From Octopus vulgaris (lineage: Eukaryota): a stretch of DNA of 64,000 nt. The notes beneath the pieces are model-generated. The model did not search any database and had not been told where the DNA came from. It saw only the letters and a list, made by a program, of their open reading frames with translations. Both the position numbers and the translations under genes were made by a program. How positions within the stretch are numbered: position 1 is the stretch's first letter; each line of letters starts with the position of its first letter. The stretch covers positions 4,836,001 to 4,900,000 of the forward strand of contig OX597820.1 of the NCBI GenBank assembly GCA_951406725.2, in the 5' to 3' direction. Below are positions 35,455 to 49,040 of the stretch, one piece after another.

Positions 35455-36152
35455 CTAGCATTAAAGACCCGTCGTTGTCGGGTCATAGTGCTAGTGCAAG
35501 TATATATGTATATGAATATATGTACATATTACATGTACATCTATATATATACATCTACATATAAAATACAAAATACAAAGTTATATCTTGATATCGCTAG
35601 TGATAACAACACTCAAAATATATAACAGACTGGAATTGTTAGCTCTTCTTTTTTCTCTACATTGTATACTTTATAGACAATAGTCTTTTCTTTAATATTC
35701 CATTTCTGCACGCTAATTTTATTTTCAATTTATTCCCATTCATATGAAACCACTTATTCAAGTTCAAAACATTGATGCAATTTTATACCAATTGCTGTTT
35801 TTACTTTTGTTATGTTACGATTATATTATACTTTAGTTTGATTTCAATTATTACTTACTACATATAATTCAATTGTTATTATTATTTTTATTGTTAAAGT
35901 GAAAGTATCTGACATAAAATAGAGAAATATTTTGTTTCACTTTTAACACGTAATACTGAAATAGTGGAGAAGATATGATATTGCTATGGGCTCGCTCTAG
36001 GCAAGAAGTTGAACATTTTTTTTGACCGATGACACTCCCTGGACCCTAAGTAAGGCATGTGTAAAATTTGAATGAAATTGGTTGTGTAGTTCTCAAGTTT
36101 TAGGGAAACACACAGACAGACAGACACATTCTCAGTTTTATATATATAAAGA
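35455..36152 (-). mobile_element. Non-autonomous Helitron-like element (copy 2)
   Basis: Minus strand: A|TCTTTATATATATAAAA...(CTGT)n ... hairpin GACCCG acaacga CGGGTC then CTAG|T; canonical A|T target. Confidence 0.72.
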
Positions 36153-37098
36153 TATATATATGTTTATGTGTGTGTCTGTCTCTGTGTTTGACCCATCCCC
36201 GCCCATCGCTTGACAATCTATGCTGGTGTGTTTACATCCCTGTAACATAGTGGTTCGGCATATAGAATAAGCACCAGGCTTGCAAAGAATAAGTCCTAGG
36301 ATCGATTTCTTCGACTAAAAGGCGATGCTCCAGGATGGCCACAGTCATGTGACACAGGCAAATAAAAGACTAGTGTTGAGCAATGAGACTGTTAATCATG
36401 CTGATAACTTTGCTACTGAGGTGCTCCATGTTTTCTATGCGTCCCAATCTTTGCCCCGTTCCAGACGGGAACCGAGGTTTTTAAACAGTCAGCAGGTAAA
36501 CAGAGTTGAAATATTTTCCGGCTCTGAAGAGATCTAGTATCTGGGACATGTATCTGCTCTAGATTTCGAAGCGGTCGAGCAGCTGGTCTGTGTGGTGAGT
36601 CTTGTATCTGGAGAGATCTAATATGTGACCCGTGGTGCGTAGTGCTTTTTTTTTTTTTGTTAAACAATGTTATTATGATAAAATCGAGAGATGAGATCGG
36701 TATTGAGTGCAAAGGCACACGGAGTGGCATCGAGAACTTTGTGTTGTCCAAAATGAGAGACGATCACGTATAAGATTCCTTTTCGTGACTTACGTTAAAA
36801 AGGCTAATGAAATCAATATATGAGGTCTCATTCCTTCCTCCTCAACACCCCCCTCTCTCTATCTCTCTCTGTACACATATACATACACTTGATATCCTAC
36901 TATCTTAAGCATCAATACATGAACAGTCTAAAGATTTGCAGTCCAGGATGAAACTGCTGGACGCTATAAAAAAAAAATTGAAACTTTCAGTTTACCTTAG
37001 AACTATTTAATCTCGGAACCTATGAAGATCTCTCCATCATAGACTGAGCAGTTTTGCAGTCCACACCCTAATTACTCTTCTCTCTCTAACCCCTCTGT

Positions 37099-37137
<39 letters not shown>

Positions 37138-37639
37138 TTATCTTTGTCGATCAATCTTGTGCAACAATAGCCACCGTGACTGCTTTTCATTGATATTCCA
37201 CCTACTGCAGAGCTATGCGGTCGTAGGTTGGTACATATATGTAATACTGAATGGATATGTATGCATGTGTCTATCTATATCTATCTACTTGATTAAAAAA
37301 AAATCGGAGAAAAAGATAAGAATAAAACAACAACGCGAGGACGCAGCTATGCAAAGTATTAATAAGACGCTCAGAGAAGGAAAAGAGTGGGTGTTTTACG
37401 TTTCGAGCAAAGCTCTTCTTCAGGAACAGGAAACATAAGATATATATATATTATATAGTCTATGTGTGTGAGCATAAGTATCTCATATGAAATTTGAATC
37501 TGGCACAAAAGTCACAAATTTTGGGATAAGAGGTAGTTAAAATTCTTGATACCAATAGTATATATATACACACACACACTTATACATACACTTATTGCAG
37601 AGACCCTGAAGAGCTTTGGTTTTCATCGAACCATAATTC

Positions 37640-39003
37640 AAATTGAGAGGAAAAAGAATGAGCGAATGAACTCATATACCTTAATACAACCACACTTGGA
37701 CTTAGGGAAAATAGTTAAAGTGGGGGTGAAGGTAAAAAAGGGTGAGAAAGAAATGGGAGCTACTGACTCCATAGAATTCGAGAAGGGTGAGGATAAAGTT
37801 GAAAGAGGGGAACAAAACGAAGGAGACACCAACACCCTAGACAACTGTGAGCCCAAGAAGAATGCCAAAGTTCACCAAGAGAGACCAAAGGTGAAGGTAT
37901 GCAGGGAGGAGAAAAAAACAGCAGCAGGCCAAAGCAGGAGAAACAAACGAAAACAAAGGCAGCAGCGGGTCAGCGGGCTGAGAATGGATGTGGACCCAAA
38001 GTGAACGAAATTGAACCTACAAAGGCAATAGTTCTGGTAAAAAGGAAACCAAACCAGTCTGCCAGTTCTATGAAAAAGGTACCTATTTCTTTACTACCCA
38101 CAAGGGGCTAAACACAGAGAGGACAAACAAAGACAGACAAACGGATTAAGTCGATTATATCGACTCCAGTGCGTAACTGGTACTTATTTAATCGACCTCG
38201 GCGGAATTTGAACTCAGAACGTAGCGGTGGTACACATTAGACAAATAAAACTAGTGACCTGTACCATGTATCGCCCACCTTATGCTCCAAATCTTGGGGA
38301 TTCATTTGAAGAGATCTTCCAAGAAATGAAAGAAGTATTAACCAATCTGGATGGCAGCCTGCACATGTTTTAGGGGATATTAGCCTCCCTTACGTTAAAA
38401 GGCCTGAGGCTCACCTTCTCTCAGTTATGTCACTGCACGGCCTGAGACATGCAGAATCTCTGCTTCACCTCACTAACATGCTCTTTATGGAGCAAATAGT
38501 GCTCCACCCAACAAGGAGAAGTATGTCCTAGACCTCTGTTTCACAAACAACACGGCGCTCATCCATAATGTTGGGGGGACACCGACGATTTTCTCGGACC
38601 ATAACTTAATAGAGCTAACAACGTATGGCCGACAGAAAACTACAGACATGAAGGCTGCTAGAAGCACTCAACTCCTTTCCAGCCTAAACTTTCACAAAAC
38701 TGATTGGAAGGATATCGAGAAATAAGTCCTGGAACGTAACTGGTCCGCCAGTCTCTCTACAGAAGACACTGACATAAAGCTATAACACTTTATGACGATC
38801 ATGCATGACATCTGCTGTAAGTTTGCTCCAGAGAGAATGCCAAGCCGCCAGGAGAAAAATATAATACCCGGGGATAGGAGGATTCTAATGAGACGACGAG
38901 CAAACGTCTCAAACCATCTAAATGGGCCCCTAAAGGATAACAAACGATCCTACCTGAAAGAAGCATTGCTCGAGATCGTAAACGAACTCAAGCTCTTCTA
39001 TCT
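37640..39003 (+). mobile_element. Degenerate LINE: ORF1-like K/E-rich segment plus APE endonuclease C-terminal half
   Basis: From 38250: LVTCTMYRPP, VLGDISLP, EQIVLHPTRR, VLDLCFTN, FSDHNLIEL, LNFHKTDW; interrupted by a SINE at 38084-38227. The 5' boundary is uncertain. Confidence 0.7.
38084..38227 (-). mobile_element. Truncated Meta-like SINE with tail A
   Basis: Reverse complement of ...TTTGTCTGTCTTTGTTTGTCCTCTCTGTGTTTAGCCCCTTGTGGGTAGTAAAGAAATA. Confidence 0.85.
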
Positions 39004-40159
39004 ACACTCACAAACACCTATACACATGTACAAACACAGACACCTATACACATGTACACACACATACACCTATACACATCTACACACACACAGACACCTA
39101 TACACATGTACACACACACACATATACCTATACACACACACACAGATACCTATACACATCAATACACACACATCTACACACATACACCTACTCATCTACA
39201 TCTACATTCACATATATATTTATGTAACCCGCCACTGTTTGACATCCTGTGTTGGTGTGTTTACGTCCCCGTTACCCAGCGGTTCGGCAAAGAGAAACCA
39301 AGAAGATAAGTTCCGGGCTTCAAAACCGTAAGTTCTCGAGTCCATCATTCAATTAAAAAGTCTTCAAGATGGTGCCGCAGGATGGCCATTGTCTAATGAC
39401 TGAAACAAGTAAACGATAAAAGATAATCATGCAGTGGGATCGACCCTGTGACCTCAGGACCGGGTAGTCTACTTCTTAACCACTCGGCCATGCCTGTCAC
39501 TTAAATACATAAGCAAACCAAACACACGCATTCGAGCTCAGAACGTTGTACATAATTACAGTCACGGGTGGTTGCACAGTTGAGTGCCCTATTTAGCAGC
39601 GCACAGGCATGGTTCAATACCCGTCTGTGTGTGTGTATGTGTTGGCCTCTGTATTAGCTCGATGAATAAGATAGTACAAAGTTTCCTCATGGTTCATTAC
39701 CGACATTAGTAGACAGTGAGGGATCAACCCATATCTTTTGGTTGCCAGAATACTTATTAAAGACTTCCCGCCACCACACCCCCACAAGTTTCATTATATT
39801 GTCATTAATTCAGTCATACGTATAGGTTTTTTGAAATGTCTTCTATTCTTTCCTATCTACCTACCTACCTCTCTACCTGCCTTTTTATCTACCTGCTTCG
39901 GCTCATTGACATGAAGTCATTCATCAGCGCCCTCTCACGTCGTCACTTTCTACTTTTTTCACTGCTACTACGGCGGTCTTTTCTCTCGTTCGACTTGGTT
40001 AGTCACTTGTTACCTTCACTCAGGTACTCCTCATTCATTTCTCCTCCGTCTTCGGTGTTAGTTTATCCACTCTAAGGCCCCGCACCAACCACTGCTCTTA
40101 TTTCTTCTTCCCCTTTTCACAGAATGCCAACCCTCTGGAAGTCCCCCGCTTTTCATGTA

Positions 40160-41745
40160 CAGGCATACCTCACCCTACGTCGTTAATTGGTTCCTGGAGA
40201 CACGACTTAAGTCGAATTAGCTTGTCTGTAGGTTAGGCTCAGCCAATTTACTTGTCTCCAGGGTAAACTAATAATAACCATTCCCAGTTCTGTACTTTAT
40301 TTATGAATGCATTTTCAGTAAAACATGGTTAATAAAAAACTATTTTAAGTTTACAAACAAATGTTTAGCTTTTTATATCGTGTACAGTAAAAAAAAAAAG
40401 CAAGCTAAATTTACAAATGCAACTCGGAGGTGTTTACTGTATCATCGCGGACGCTTTGTTTATGAAGGCAAGTTGCAATTAGTCACAGTAAAATAAAAGC
40501 CTTTTTTAAACTTAAAAAACAAATTCAGTGATTATTCTTATTTTGCAATAGTAAAAAAACTATAAATCATTTTAAATTTACCAATACGTACATACAATTT
40601 GGTGGTTTACGCCGTGGATCTAGATGGCTGTGGATCGTCGATAGCAACAACTGATTTTGGCTGTTCTTGTTCGATGCACTTAAAAAACCGGTTGAGAGTT
40701 CCTTGAACTGTCTTCTTTTCCTCAAGGATTATTGTATCTCTCCCAAAAGTCACGAAGTGTGATGGACTCATCAAGATCAGTGGCAGCTATTGCTTGCCGC
40801 AGCGAACGCTTCATATGGTAACGCTTGAAGGTGGCAAGTGTTCCCTGATCCATTGGCTGCAGAAGAGACGTGGTGTTCAGAGAGAGGTATACGACGGTAA
40901 CATTGGAGTCAAAATGTACGATGTTTCGTAGGTGACCAGAAACATTATCTAAGATAAGTAAAGCCTTAAAAGGAATCCTCTTACAGTACTTACAGTATTT
41001 CTCTGCTGTTGGGGTAAAATTATTGAAGAACCAATCTTCAAAAACAACAACAGTAACCCATGCTTGGATTTGGCCTCTTTTCTTATTGATGAGGGTTCTT
41101 CATCTTTGGTGTTTCAGATTTGATATATGCTAAAATCTTGACATTATTATGTACAACCGTCGATACAGTTGTGCGACTCATCCCAAAAAATTGTGCAATT
41201 GCTACCAGTTTTTCACCTTTTTCATGGCGTTTTATCACAGCCGGTTTATCTTCCAGCGTTATGGCATGACGTTTAGCACTTTCACTATGAATTTTCTTAG
41301 GAGCCATGGGGGCAAAAATATAGTCACAAATGAATGTGAAAGTAGCTGATAAACAGACGTAAACAAATCTGTATTCAAAACAATTGCGGAATCACAAGTG
41401 ACAACGACGCATAACGGTTGATATTAGAACTCTACAGTGCAATTTATCGATCCAAAAGATCGATAAATAAGGTAACACAGCTGGTTTCATAATTTCGTTC
41501 ACTACTTTATGGTGTGTATCTTAACATTTACTTTCCCCTTTATCAAAATTATTTTATTCTTATTTATTGTTCAGTAAACATGATTTTATGGGCTTTTAAC
41601 GGTTTTCTAGTGATTTTACGATTCCAATATTTGCGGCGATAGACATACAGTGGATTAAAATTACTTAATTTTATTTTTATTTTTCCATACATTATTTTCG
41701 AAAACCGACGTATAATCGAAAACGACTTAAATCGAGGTATGACTC
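40160..41745 (-). mobile_element. Internally deleted pogo/Tigger-like DNA transposon
   Basis: CENP-B/psq HTH from 41307 (AITLEDK.AVIKRHEKGEK), DDE_1 motifs LLILDNVSGH and VYLSLNTTSLLQPMDQG, and degenerate TIRs CAGGCATACCTC.. / ..GAGGTATGACTC (18/25). Confidence 0.82.
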
Positions 41746-41775
41746 GTTCATGAGGAACATCTTTGATCTCATCCG

Positions 41776-42037
41776 TCTTTCTGTTATAGGTACAAGACCC
41801 CTCCACACCAAAACTTTAGGCCTTGAACCTATAGTAGAAAAGCTTATAGGTACGAGGCCTGAAATTAGAATGAGGAGCTAATCGATTACATCGACCTCAG
41901 TGCTCTAGTGGTATTTATTTTATCGATCTTTAAAGGATGAACGGTGAAGTCAACCTCGGCGGAATTTTAACTCAGAGTATAAAGAGCCGGGAGAAATGCC
42001 GCGAAGTATTTTGTCCGACGCTAAGGATTCTGTCAGC
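41776..42037 (-). mobile_element. Diverged Meta-like SINE, tail B
   Basis: Reverse complement of ...GAGTTAAAATTCCGCCGAGGTTGACTT... and of the GGCCT..TTTTGG tail. Confidence 0.7.
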
Positions 42038-42059
42038 GTTAGTGCTTCTAACTTAATAA

Positions 42060-42620
42060 AGATTTATTGGCCAGAAGGGGCGCAGAAAAGATTTAGGACA
42101 ATACGAAATCTAGGACAGTGGAGAGTAACAAACACGCGTAAGTAATAAAAACAATATTAATCAACAAGAAATATTCTATTAACAAAATTTAACAATAGGG
42201 AGAAAAAACACCCAGGGGTAACCAAGGAATCTCACATATCGAGATCACCCCAACTGCCAAAGAGACCACCAGAAGATGTCTCTCTTTCTCATCCATTCCT
42301 TCCGTCCTTTTGGCGCCAGCTAAGAGTAGGCCCATCCGCACCACGTTCACCCACCTTTCAACAATTTTACTGGCGAAGGAGGCCGTACTTCCCTCTCAAG
42401 CCTCACATTCTTCTTCAAATTGAATCTAAGGAAAAAAAAAGAGCAATACAAAAAACAAGGACAGTGGAGAGAAACAGACACGTGTAAGTATTAAAAACAA
42501 TAATGATTAATTATAATAATTAATAAGACTTCAAAAGTTTACAGCATGTAAACCGAATATGGAGAAGAGTAAAGACAAGTGAATCGGGTAAGATTCAATG
42601 AGGGCGACACATAATTAACT
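42060..42620 (-). mobile_element. Tandem 3' ends of an older Tx1-like element
   Basis: Minus strand NLKKNVRLERE../SKIVERWVNVVRMG aligns with HLSSKIRLEKR..FVKRWKPVAYKMG of the 27703 element. The 3' UTR segment GGACAGTGGAGAG..CAC(G)CG/TGTAAGTA occurs twice (about 42113 and 42470). Confidence 0.6.
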
Positions 42621-42717
42621 AATTTGGAGAAGCAGTGTAATCCGTGGGAGGAAAAGGCAGAATGTTAAATTGGTGAGCGCGCACATATGTACACCACACT
42701 GTATCTGACCAACACAC

Positions 42718-42896
42718 GGCTTTATGCTTGGCCTCAAAATGGATTTTAATCTTAGCTGGCTTCATGCTATCATTAGACAGTACATCCATACAGATGGACA
42801 CATTGGTTTCGTTTCGTTCTTTGGCGATGGAATAAAGCCATTCAACAGACATTCAACGGAATGCTGTCGGCATTTCTTCTTAGTCAGAGGAACCAT
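42718..42896 (-). pseudogene. Inverted N-terminal piece of a hAT (Buster/Charlie-type) transposase
   Basis: MVPLTKKKCRQHSVECLLNGFIPSP...PMC/ICMDVLSNDSMKPAKIKIHFEAKH. Confidence 0.8.
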
Positions 42897-43389
42897 GGGA
42901 AATTTGGTAAATTAAAACACATATATATACAAAAATTGACATAAGTTTAAATAAACGTTCTTGACACTTACAGTAATTATTATTGATAATTTTGAAACGA
43001 AAAATAATTAAAAGATTTCGGTAGATTTTAGTCAAAATGCTAAAAACGTTTTGAAAGAAATATAACAAATAATAAGACGAACTTTTGGAATAGCTGTCCC
43101 ATATTTCGGTATTCTCAGCTTTTGTCAAATTTTTGAATATTATTTCCTTTTCCACATTTCAAATCAATGGAGGAAGCTTTTTACTTAATCTGTGATTTTA
43201 AAGGTACCTTCGAGACAGCAGCCACTACTAAAAATCTTTTCCTTTTTCTTAATTAAAAATTTTTTTTTGTCAGTTAATAGTTTACCACATTTTGAAACGC
43301 ATGCAATCTGTAGTTTTAAAGAAAAAATTTCGAAACCCCTTCTTCGTCTTACTTTTCACAATTAAAATCCCGAAAACAAAATCGGGTAA

Positions 43390-45651
43390 ATTTCGATTTA
43401 TACAAGATAGCTATTCTGAATTTCAAGCAAGAAAAATAGTGAATTACTTATTTAGTAATCAAGTATATAAAAATAAAAAATGGTCTACTGGTGTCCTATG
43501 GAATTTCAAGACTTATTGCAAGGGCTGAGAAACTTCATAATATTGGTGAAACTAATTTTGCCTGCGGTATGTGTCGTAATTTCATCAATGATGAAACAAA
43601 ATGCTAATGAAATTCCTTGTAAGATTCCTTTAAGTAATTCATCAGTGTCACAGAACATTGATGAAATGACTAAAGATGTAGAAAAGCAACGAGTAGCCAA
43701 ATTGCAAGTGAAGAAATTTGCTCTTCAACTTGATGAACCTACTCTGAGAGACAAAGTGTTTCTGTTGATGTATTTTCGATTTTTTTTTTAGATCGTTATG
43801 GCTTCTGAGAGGAAATCCTTTTAGCCAGACGTCTTAAAAGGGATACTAAATGTGGAACAATTTTCAAAGAAGTTGTAAATTATTTCGAGGAAAATGAAAT
43901 GCCCCTCAAAAATATAATAGCTTGTGCTAATGATGGTGTTCGATCCATGATTGGCAGAAACAGAGGATTCATTGCCTGAAGTATTTTGCATACGTTGTGT
44001 GATACACTGGCAACACTTAGTTGCAAACCAGTTAAGTGGACGTCTGCATGGCGCCCTTAATATTGTGATAAAAGTTGTGAATTATATAAAATCAAATTCT
44101 TTACGAGACCACATCTATTCATGAATTCTGCATTCAAAACGAACAAAACTTTGAACGCCTTGTGATTCACACGAAGGGCAGATGGTTATCAAAAATGTAA
44201 CTGTCCATGTCGTTGCACTTTGGGACGCTATTCCTGTCTCGTTTCTGCCTAACGACAATCTCAGCCAGCAAATAGTTGCAGTTAAATGTGATATATTTTA
44301 TTTATCCAATATATTCGATAAAATTAATTTGTTTGATAAACAGCTTGAAGGCGAAGACTCTGATCTCATATCCTCCAAAGGAGCTATTACTGCTTTTCTA
44401 TGGAAAGTACAGCTCTAGAAAATGAATATTGTACGCCGGGAATTTTCATAATTTCCTAGTTTGGAATCAGCCGTAATCTGCACGACGATGGCTTTGTATT
44501 GTATGCTGAACATTTGAGAAACCTGCATGATGACATGCAACATCGGTTTAACGACCTACTAAAGTTAAATACACCACGTTGGGGGACACTTCCTTTCGAA
44601 GTTAATGTTGCTGATTGTTTGTTTGTTTGTTGAGCGAAGCGGTCTCGTCCCAGAGCTCGCAAGATCGCGCCTCAGGATTGTCTGTAGTGGGAGAAGTCCG
44701 AAACGTGGTCGTTTGCTATTCGTAAGACCCGCAGAAGAGAAAGCAGGTCAACCCCCGACACTGAGAGCATCGACGGATGGATGAATGCGCATCCGGAGCT
44801 CAACGGTTGCGTAGGAAGTCGGCGACAAGAAACAGGAAGAAAGAGTGAGAGAAAGTTGGAGCGAAAGAGTACAACAGGGGTCGCCACCACCCCTGCCGGA
44901 GCCTCGTGGAGCTTTAGGTGTTTTCGCTCAATAAACACACACACCGCCCGGTCTGGGAATTGAAACCGCGATCCTCCGACCGCGAGTCCGCTGCACTCAC
45001 CACTGGGCCATTGCGCTTCCATTTAATGTTGCTGATGTTGATTATCTGTGTGCGGCAGAATCTCAATGAGTTGCAGAGTGAGGAAATATTTCAGGCAAGA
45101 TTTCAAGCATAATGTATGAAAAAGCAACGACATTGCTACAAAGTATCCCCTACTCTGGGGGAACAGCGCAGTTGTACGTTACTGCGTTTCCTTCATCTTA
45201 CCTTGTCGAATCCGGTTTCAGCCATGTCACTAACTTTCTGTCAGCTCGTAATCGACTTGATATTGTACATAGAGGTGACCTTTGAATGTTGTTGACAGAG
45301 CTGGAGCCGAATATTGTAAAACTAACTGGGCTGGGTCAACCGCAAGGTTTGCATTAAACAAACTTGCACTTAGGTACTATCTTCTCTCAATAGTAATGTC
45401 CTCGTATATTTATGACTCATTTTCCTGGTGAGCTTTCTTTTCCGCAGTATTTAGGTAGTTAAATGTTAAGCACAATGAACAGATTATACGTTTATAGCAC
45501 TCAAAAAGATTAACAGTGTTTATATAATTCCTAATAGCATTTAATTATGAAAATACAATGGGAGTTTTCAAACATCGAATGGCAATGAGGGCCCACCCGA
45601 GTAAAATAGGGATCAAGGGGTTCACAAGTAAAAAGTGTTTGATTATCCCTG
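43390..45651 (+). mobile_element. hAT (Buster/Charlie-type) transposon body and right end
   Basis: GLLVSYGISRLIA..HNIGE, LILPA, IPLSNSSV, FALQLDE, AFPSSYLVESGFS, RNRLDI; stop at 45355-45357. End TTTGATTATCCCTG is followed by GTCTAAAG (nnnTAnnn). Confidence 0.85.
44616..45022 (-). mobile_element. Head-C SINE with a third tail type, ending (CAAA)n, inserted in the hAT transposase
   Basis: 14-bp TSD TTAATGTTGCTGAT at 44602-44615 and 45023-45036. Confidence 0.9.
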
Positions 45652-46444
45652 GTCTAAAGTGTTTAGATTAGAATGACAATTATGATCAACAGAGCCGGTT
45701 TACATATTACGTTAGACTTAAATATATATAAACATGGCCCTTGTAAAATCTAAATGAAAATTTGTATTCACTAATAAGTTCTATAATCTGTAAACTCGAA
45801 TAATTAAGTGAAAAACATTTGCCATTGTATTTGTACATTTTCATCTGACGAAGACATGTTTGGCCATTCCTCTTGTATTCCTTGTATTTAGCATTCGTCT
45901 TGTAACACCGAAAGAGAATGGATTCCACATGGAAATGCTATTCCTACCGCATCGTAACATTTCGTAAAGCATGAAAAAAGAAAAAACCCACCAGAAAAAC
46001 TACGTTTGTGTAATATCACTAAAATCTAATTCTTTCTGCATCCTTAATGTGACCTCTGAAAACCGGAAGCATTTTTAAAATCCAGTGAAGGAGTACAAAA
46101 TTTTAGCGAAACTCCCTTAAATTTAACCACAGCTGTCTTAGCACCAATAAGATTTTATCTTCTTGTATCTACGGAAAAAAAAGTTGAGTCACAAGCCTTC
46201 GTCGTGTAACCAAACCTACTGGAGGTTACCCCTGTATCAATTCATGACCCGTTGGCAGTAAATACCTCAGCAAAAAAGAGTTGGTATATTGTGTTAAGTT
46301 AGTTGTTGGCGAAACAGATCGTTATTGTAAGCGAATCTATCGATCTATCCCAGTTAGAATAGATATTGAAATTAGATGCAGCACATTTGGAGAACGAACG
46401 GGTAATGATAGAAATTTCAAAACCAACATATCTATACTCACTGT

Positions 46445-46445
46445 T

Positions 46446-46481
<36 letters not shown>

Positions 46482-46665
46482 CATATATACATATACATAT
46501 ATACATACATATACATACATACATATATACATACATACATACATACATACATACATACATACATACATACACATACATACATGCATATATATATACACAT
46601 ACATATATACATACATACACACACACACATACACACACACACATACATACATATACACACACACA
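46445..46665. repeat. Compound (TA)n/(TACA)n/(CA)n microsatellite
   Basis: Direct inspection. Confidence 0.95.
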
Positions 46666-46871
46666 ATGCAAGTGTGTATGTTTTGGGCAAAATACCCATA
46701 AGGTGCATGTAAGAGCTATGTTGTCACGTGGTTGCCACATGTTATACTCCAGGATATTTCCAGGTATGGGTATAGATACAAAACTCCTTTCTGTGTAGGA
46801 TCAATATTATAATAATAATATAACACACTCGTGTTATATTATTGTTACACACACATAAACACACACACACA

Positions 46872-47039
46872 CGAAGGACCTCTTTCAGTTTCAGCCGACC
46901 AAATCGATCCACAAGGCTTGTCTTGGAGCAATAGTAGAAAACACTTAGGGAAGGTGCAGTACAGAGGAACTGAACTCACGACCACATAGTTGAAAAGCAA
47001 GCTTCTTACCACACAGCCACGTCTGCGCCCGTAGGATAT
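46872..47039 (-). mobile_element. OR-type SINE head + CORE module
   Basis: Reverse complement of GGCGCAGACGTGGCTGTGTGGTAAG... Confidence 0.75.
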
Positions 47040-47763
47040 GCATAGTGTTAACTACTTGTATTTGAACTGACAGTGTATCTGTTGTGTGAGATACGATTAT
47101 CTCATAAAATGTGATAAAGCGAAATAAGGGGTGGAGCATTTCTTGTATGTCATTAAAAGTGTGTTTATATTAGTGAGTTGGTCTGTGGCCGGTGTTGGAG
47201 AGTACATTTTTTCGCGGCTATTCTGCTGGAAAGAGCTTTGTGACGCAGCAAATTTAACTTAACGCTGTCTATAGTCGTCAGCTTTTGAAAGTGTTGTCTT
47301 TATGTTGGTGTGTATGAACGTGGGTGTAGAAAGGCTAAAGAAAACTATTCATTGGTGAAAATAATAAAAAAATAAAAAAAACTGAACGATTATAAAATAT
47401 TAATAGTAGTTAGGATAATAAAAATAATAATAATAGAAGCGTTACAAAGAAGTTCTTTAGTTAAAGTTTTATAAGAAAAAAAATGCATTGTGATATATTT
47501 CTCTTGTTACGCATCCCTTCATGCATATTAATATATTCAAACACTATCATTTTACACACATACCTATCTATCTTTCTATCTATCTATCTACCTACCTACC
47601 TACCTATCCATACAAATATGTATGTATGTGTAGATAGGAAACTGAGCGAAACTTCGAAGCCACTATAAGTAATATTTTTAAGAATAACCATCTTGCATTC
47701 TACAGAAGTATAGATTAGTCCATCAGATTAATCTAAAATTGTTTTTATTGTAACTGAAGAACG

Positions 47764-47815
<52 letters not shown>

Positions 47816-47935
47816 GAGACAGAGGAAAGTTCTGTCGGTTTTTTTTGACGGATAATTATAAGACATGATTACACCAGTCTAGCTTCTAAATATTAGTAGC
47901 TATCTAAATCCCCAAAATATTATTTCTTCTTTCAG

Positions 47936-49040
47936 ATGACCCAAACGTAGATTCCAAGTAAAGAGCACATACGGCATGTTTTACTGTTTGAATTCCAGAA
48001 GCGAAACACTGCAAGTTCGGCAGCAAGACCACACAAAGTCACAAATGGAAATGATGTGGCGAATGAAAGGAGAAGATGCAGAACAAGGTTTTTCACGTTT
48101 CAAAACGGGTGACTTCTGTCAAAAAGATGGAGCAAGAAGAGAACGCCCCAAAAGACTCGATTCTGAGGGATTGCAAACTACTGTTGATGAAAATCCAACC
48201 ATTACAAGTAGGGAATTGAACAAGGTGTTTAATGTGAGTCACACGGCCATCTATTGTGAAATGATAAGGCTTGGTGAAGTCTGAAAGGCTGGAAGGTGGG
48301 TCTCACATGATCGGTCAGAAGACAATCGCAAACGACGTGTGGATTGCTGTGTCTCATTGCATTCTCGTCAACTTCAAACACCTTTTTTTAGACGGAATCA
48401 CTACTGGAGATGAGAAGTGAATTCTCTACAATAATGTTAAGCACAAAAAACGGTGGCTCAGCTGTAATTCAAGGCCGATCCAACAGCCTCAAAATGGTCG
48501 GCATCCAAAGAAGACTCTTTTGAGTGTATGGTGGCACAGGAGGGGGAATTGTTTATTATGAGCTGTTGGATGACAATCTAACGATAACAGCTGAATCTTA
48601 CTTCCAGCAGCAAAGACGTTTAAAAACAGTTTTGCAAGAAAAACGATCTTCGTTGGTAAACAGAAAAAGAGTGATCCTTCAACATGATGATGCCACACCC
48701 CACACTGCAAGAGTGACTAAGAATCTTCTAGAACAATTTGGCTGGGAAATTAGACTTCCCCCACCATATTCTCCTGACCTTGCTCCAATAGATTGCCATC
48801 TTTTTAGAAGCTTACAGAATCAATTTGCAGAATTTCGGCTTACTTCAAAAGAAGCTGAAATAAGTTTGTTCCTTTTTTCGAGTCAAAACCAAATAAATTT
48901 TATGAAAAGGGTATCAAAAAGCTTAGGGAAAGATGGAATGATATTATTGAAAAGAATGGTGACTATGTTGATGATTAATTCATGGATCCATAATTTGCGA
49001 ATCAAAAGGCCCTTAAATCACTCACTTTTCCCTCTGAAAA
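47936..49040 (+). pseudogene. Mariner (DD34D) transposase pseudogene
   Basis: HTH (FSRFKTGDF..RPK), WVSHD, TGDEK, HDDATPH-...-YSPDLAPID with 34-residue spacing; stops and frameshifts. Confidence 0.9.

Noticed and set aside
45707-45928. 73-aa minus-strand ORF next to the hAT end
   Set aside because: No recognisable domain or convincing splice sites; AT-rich
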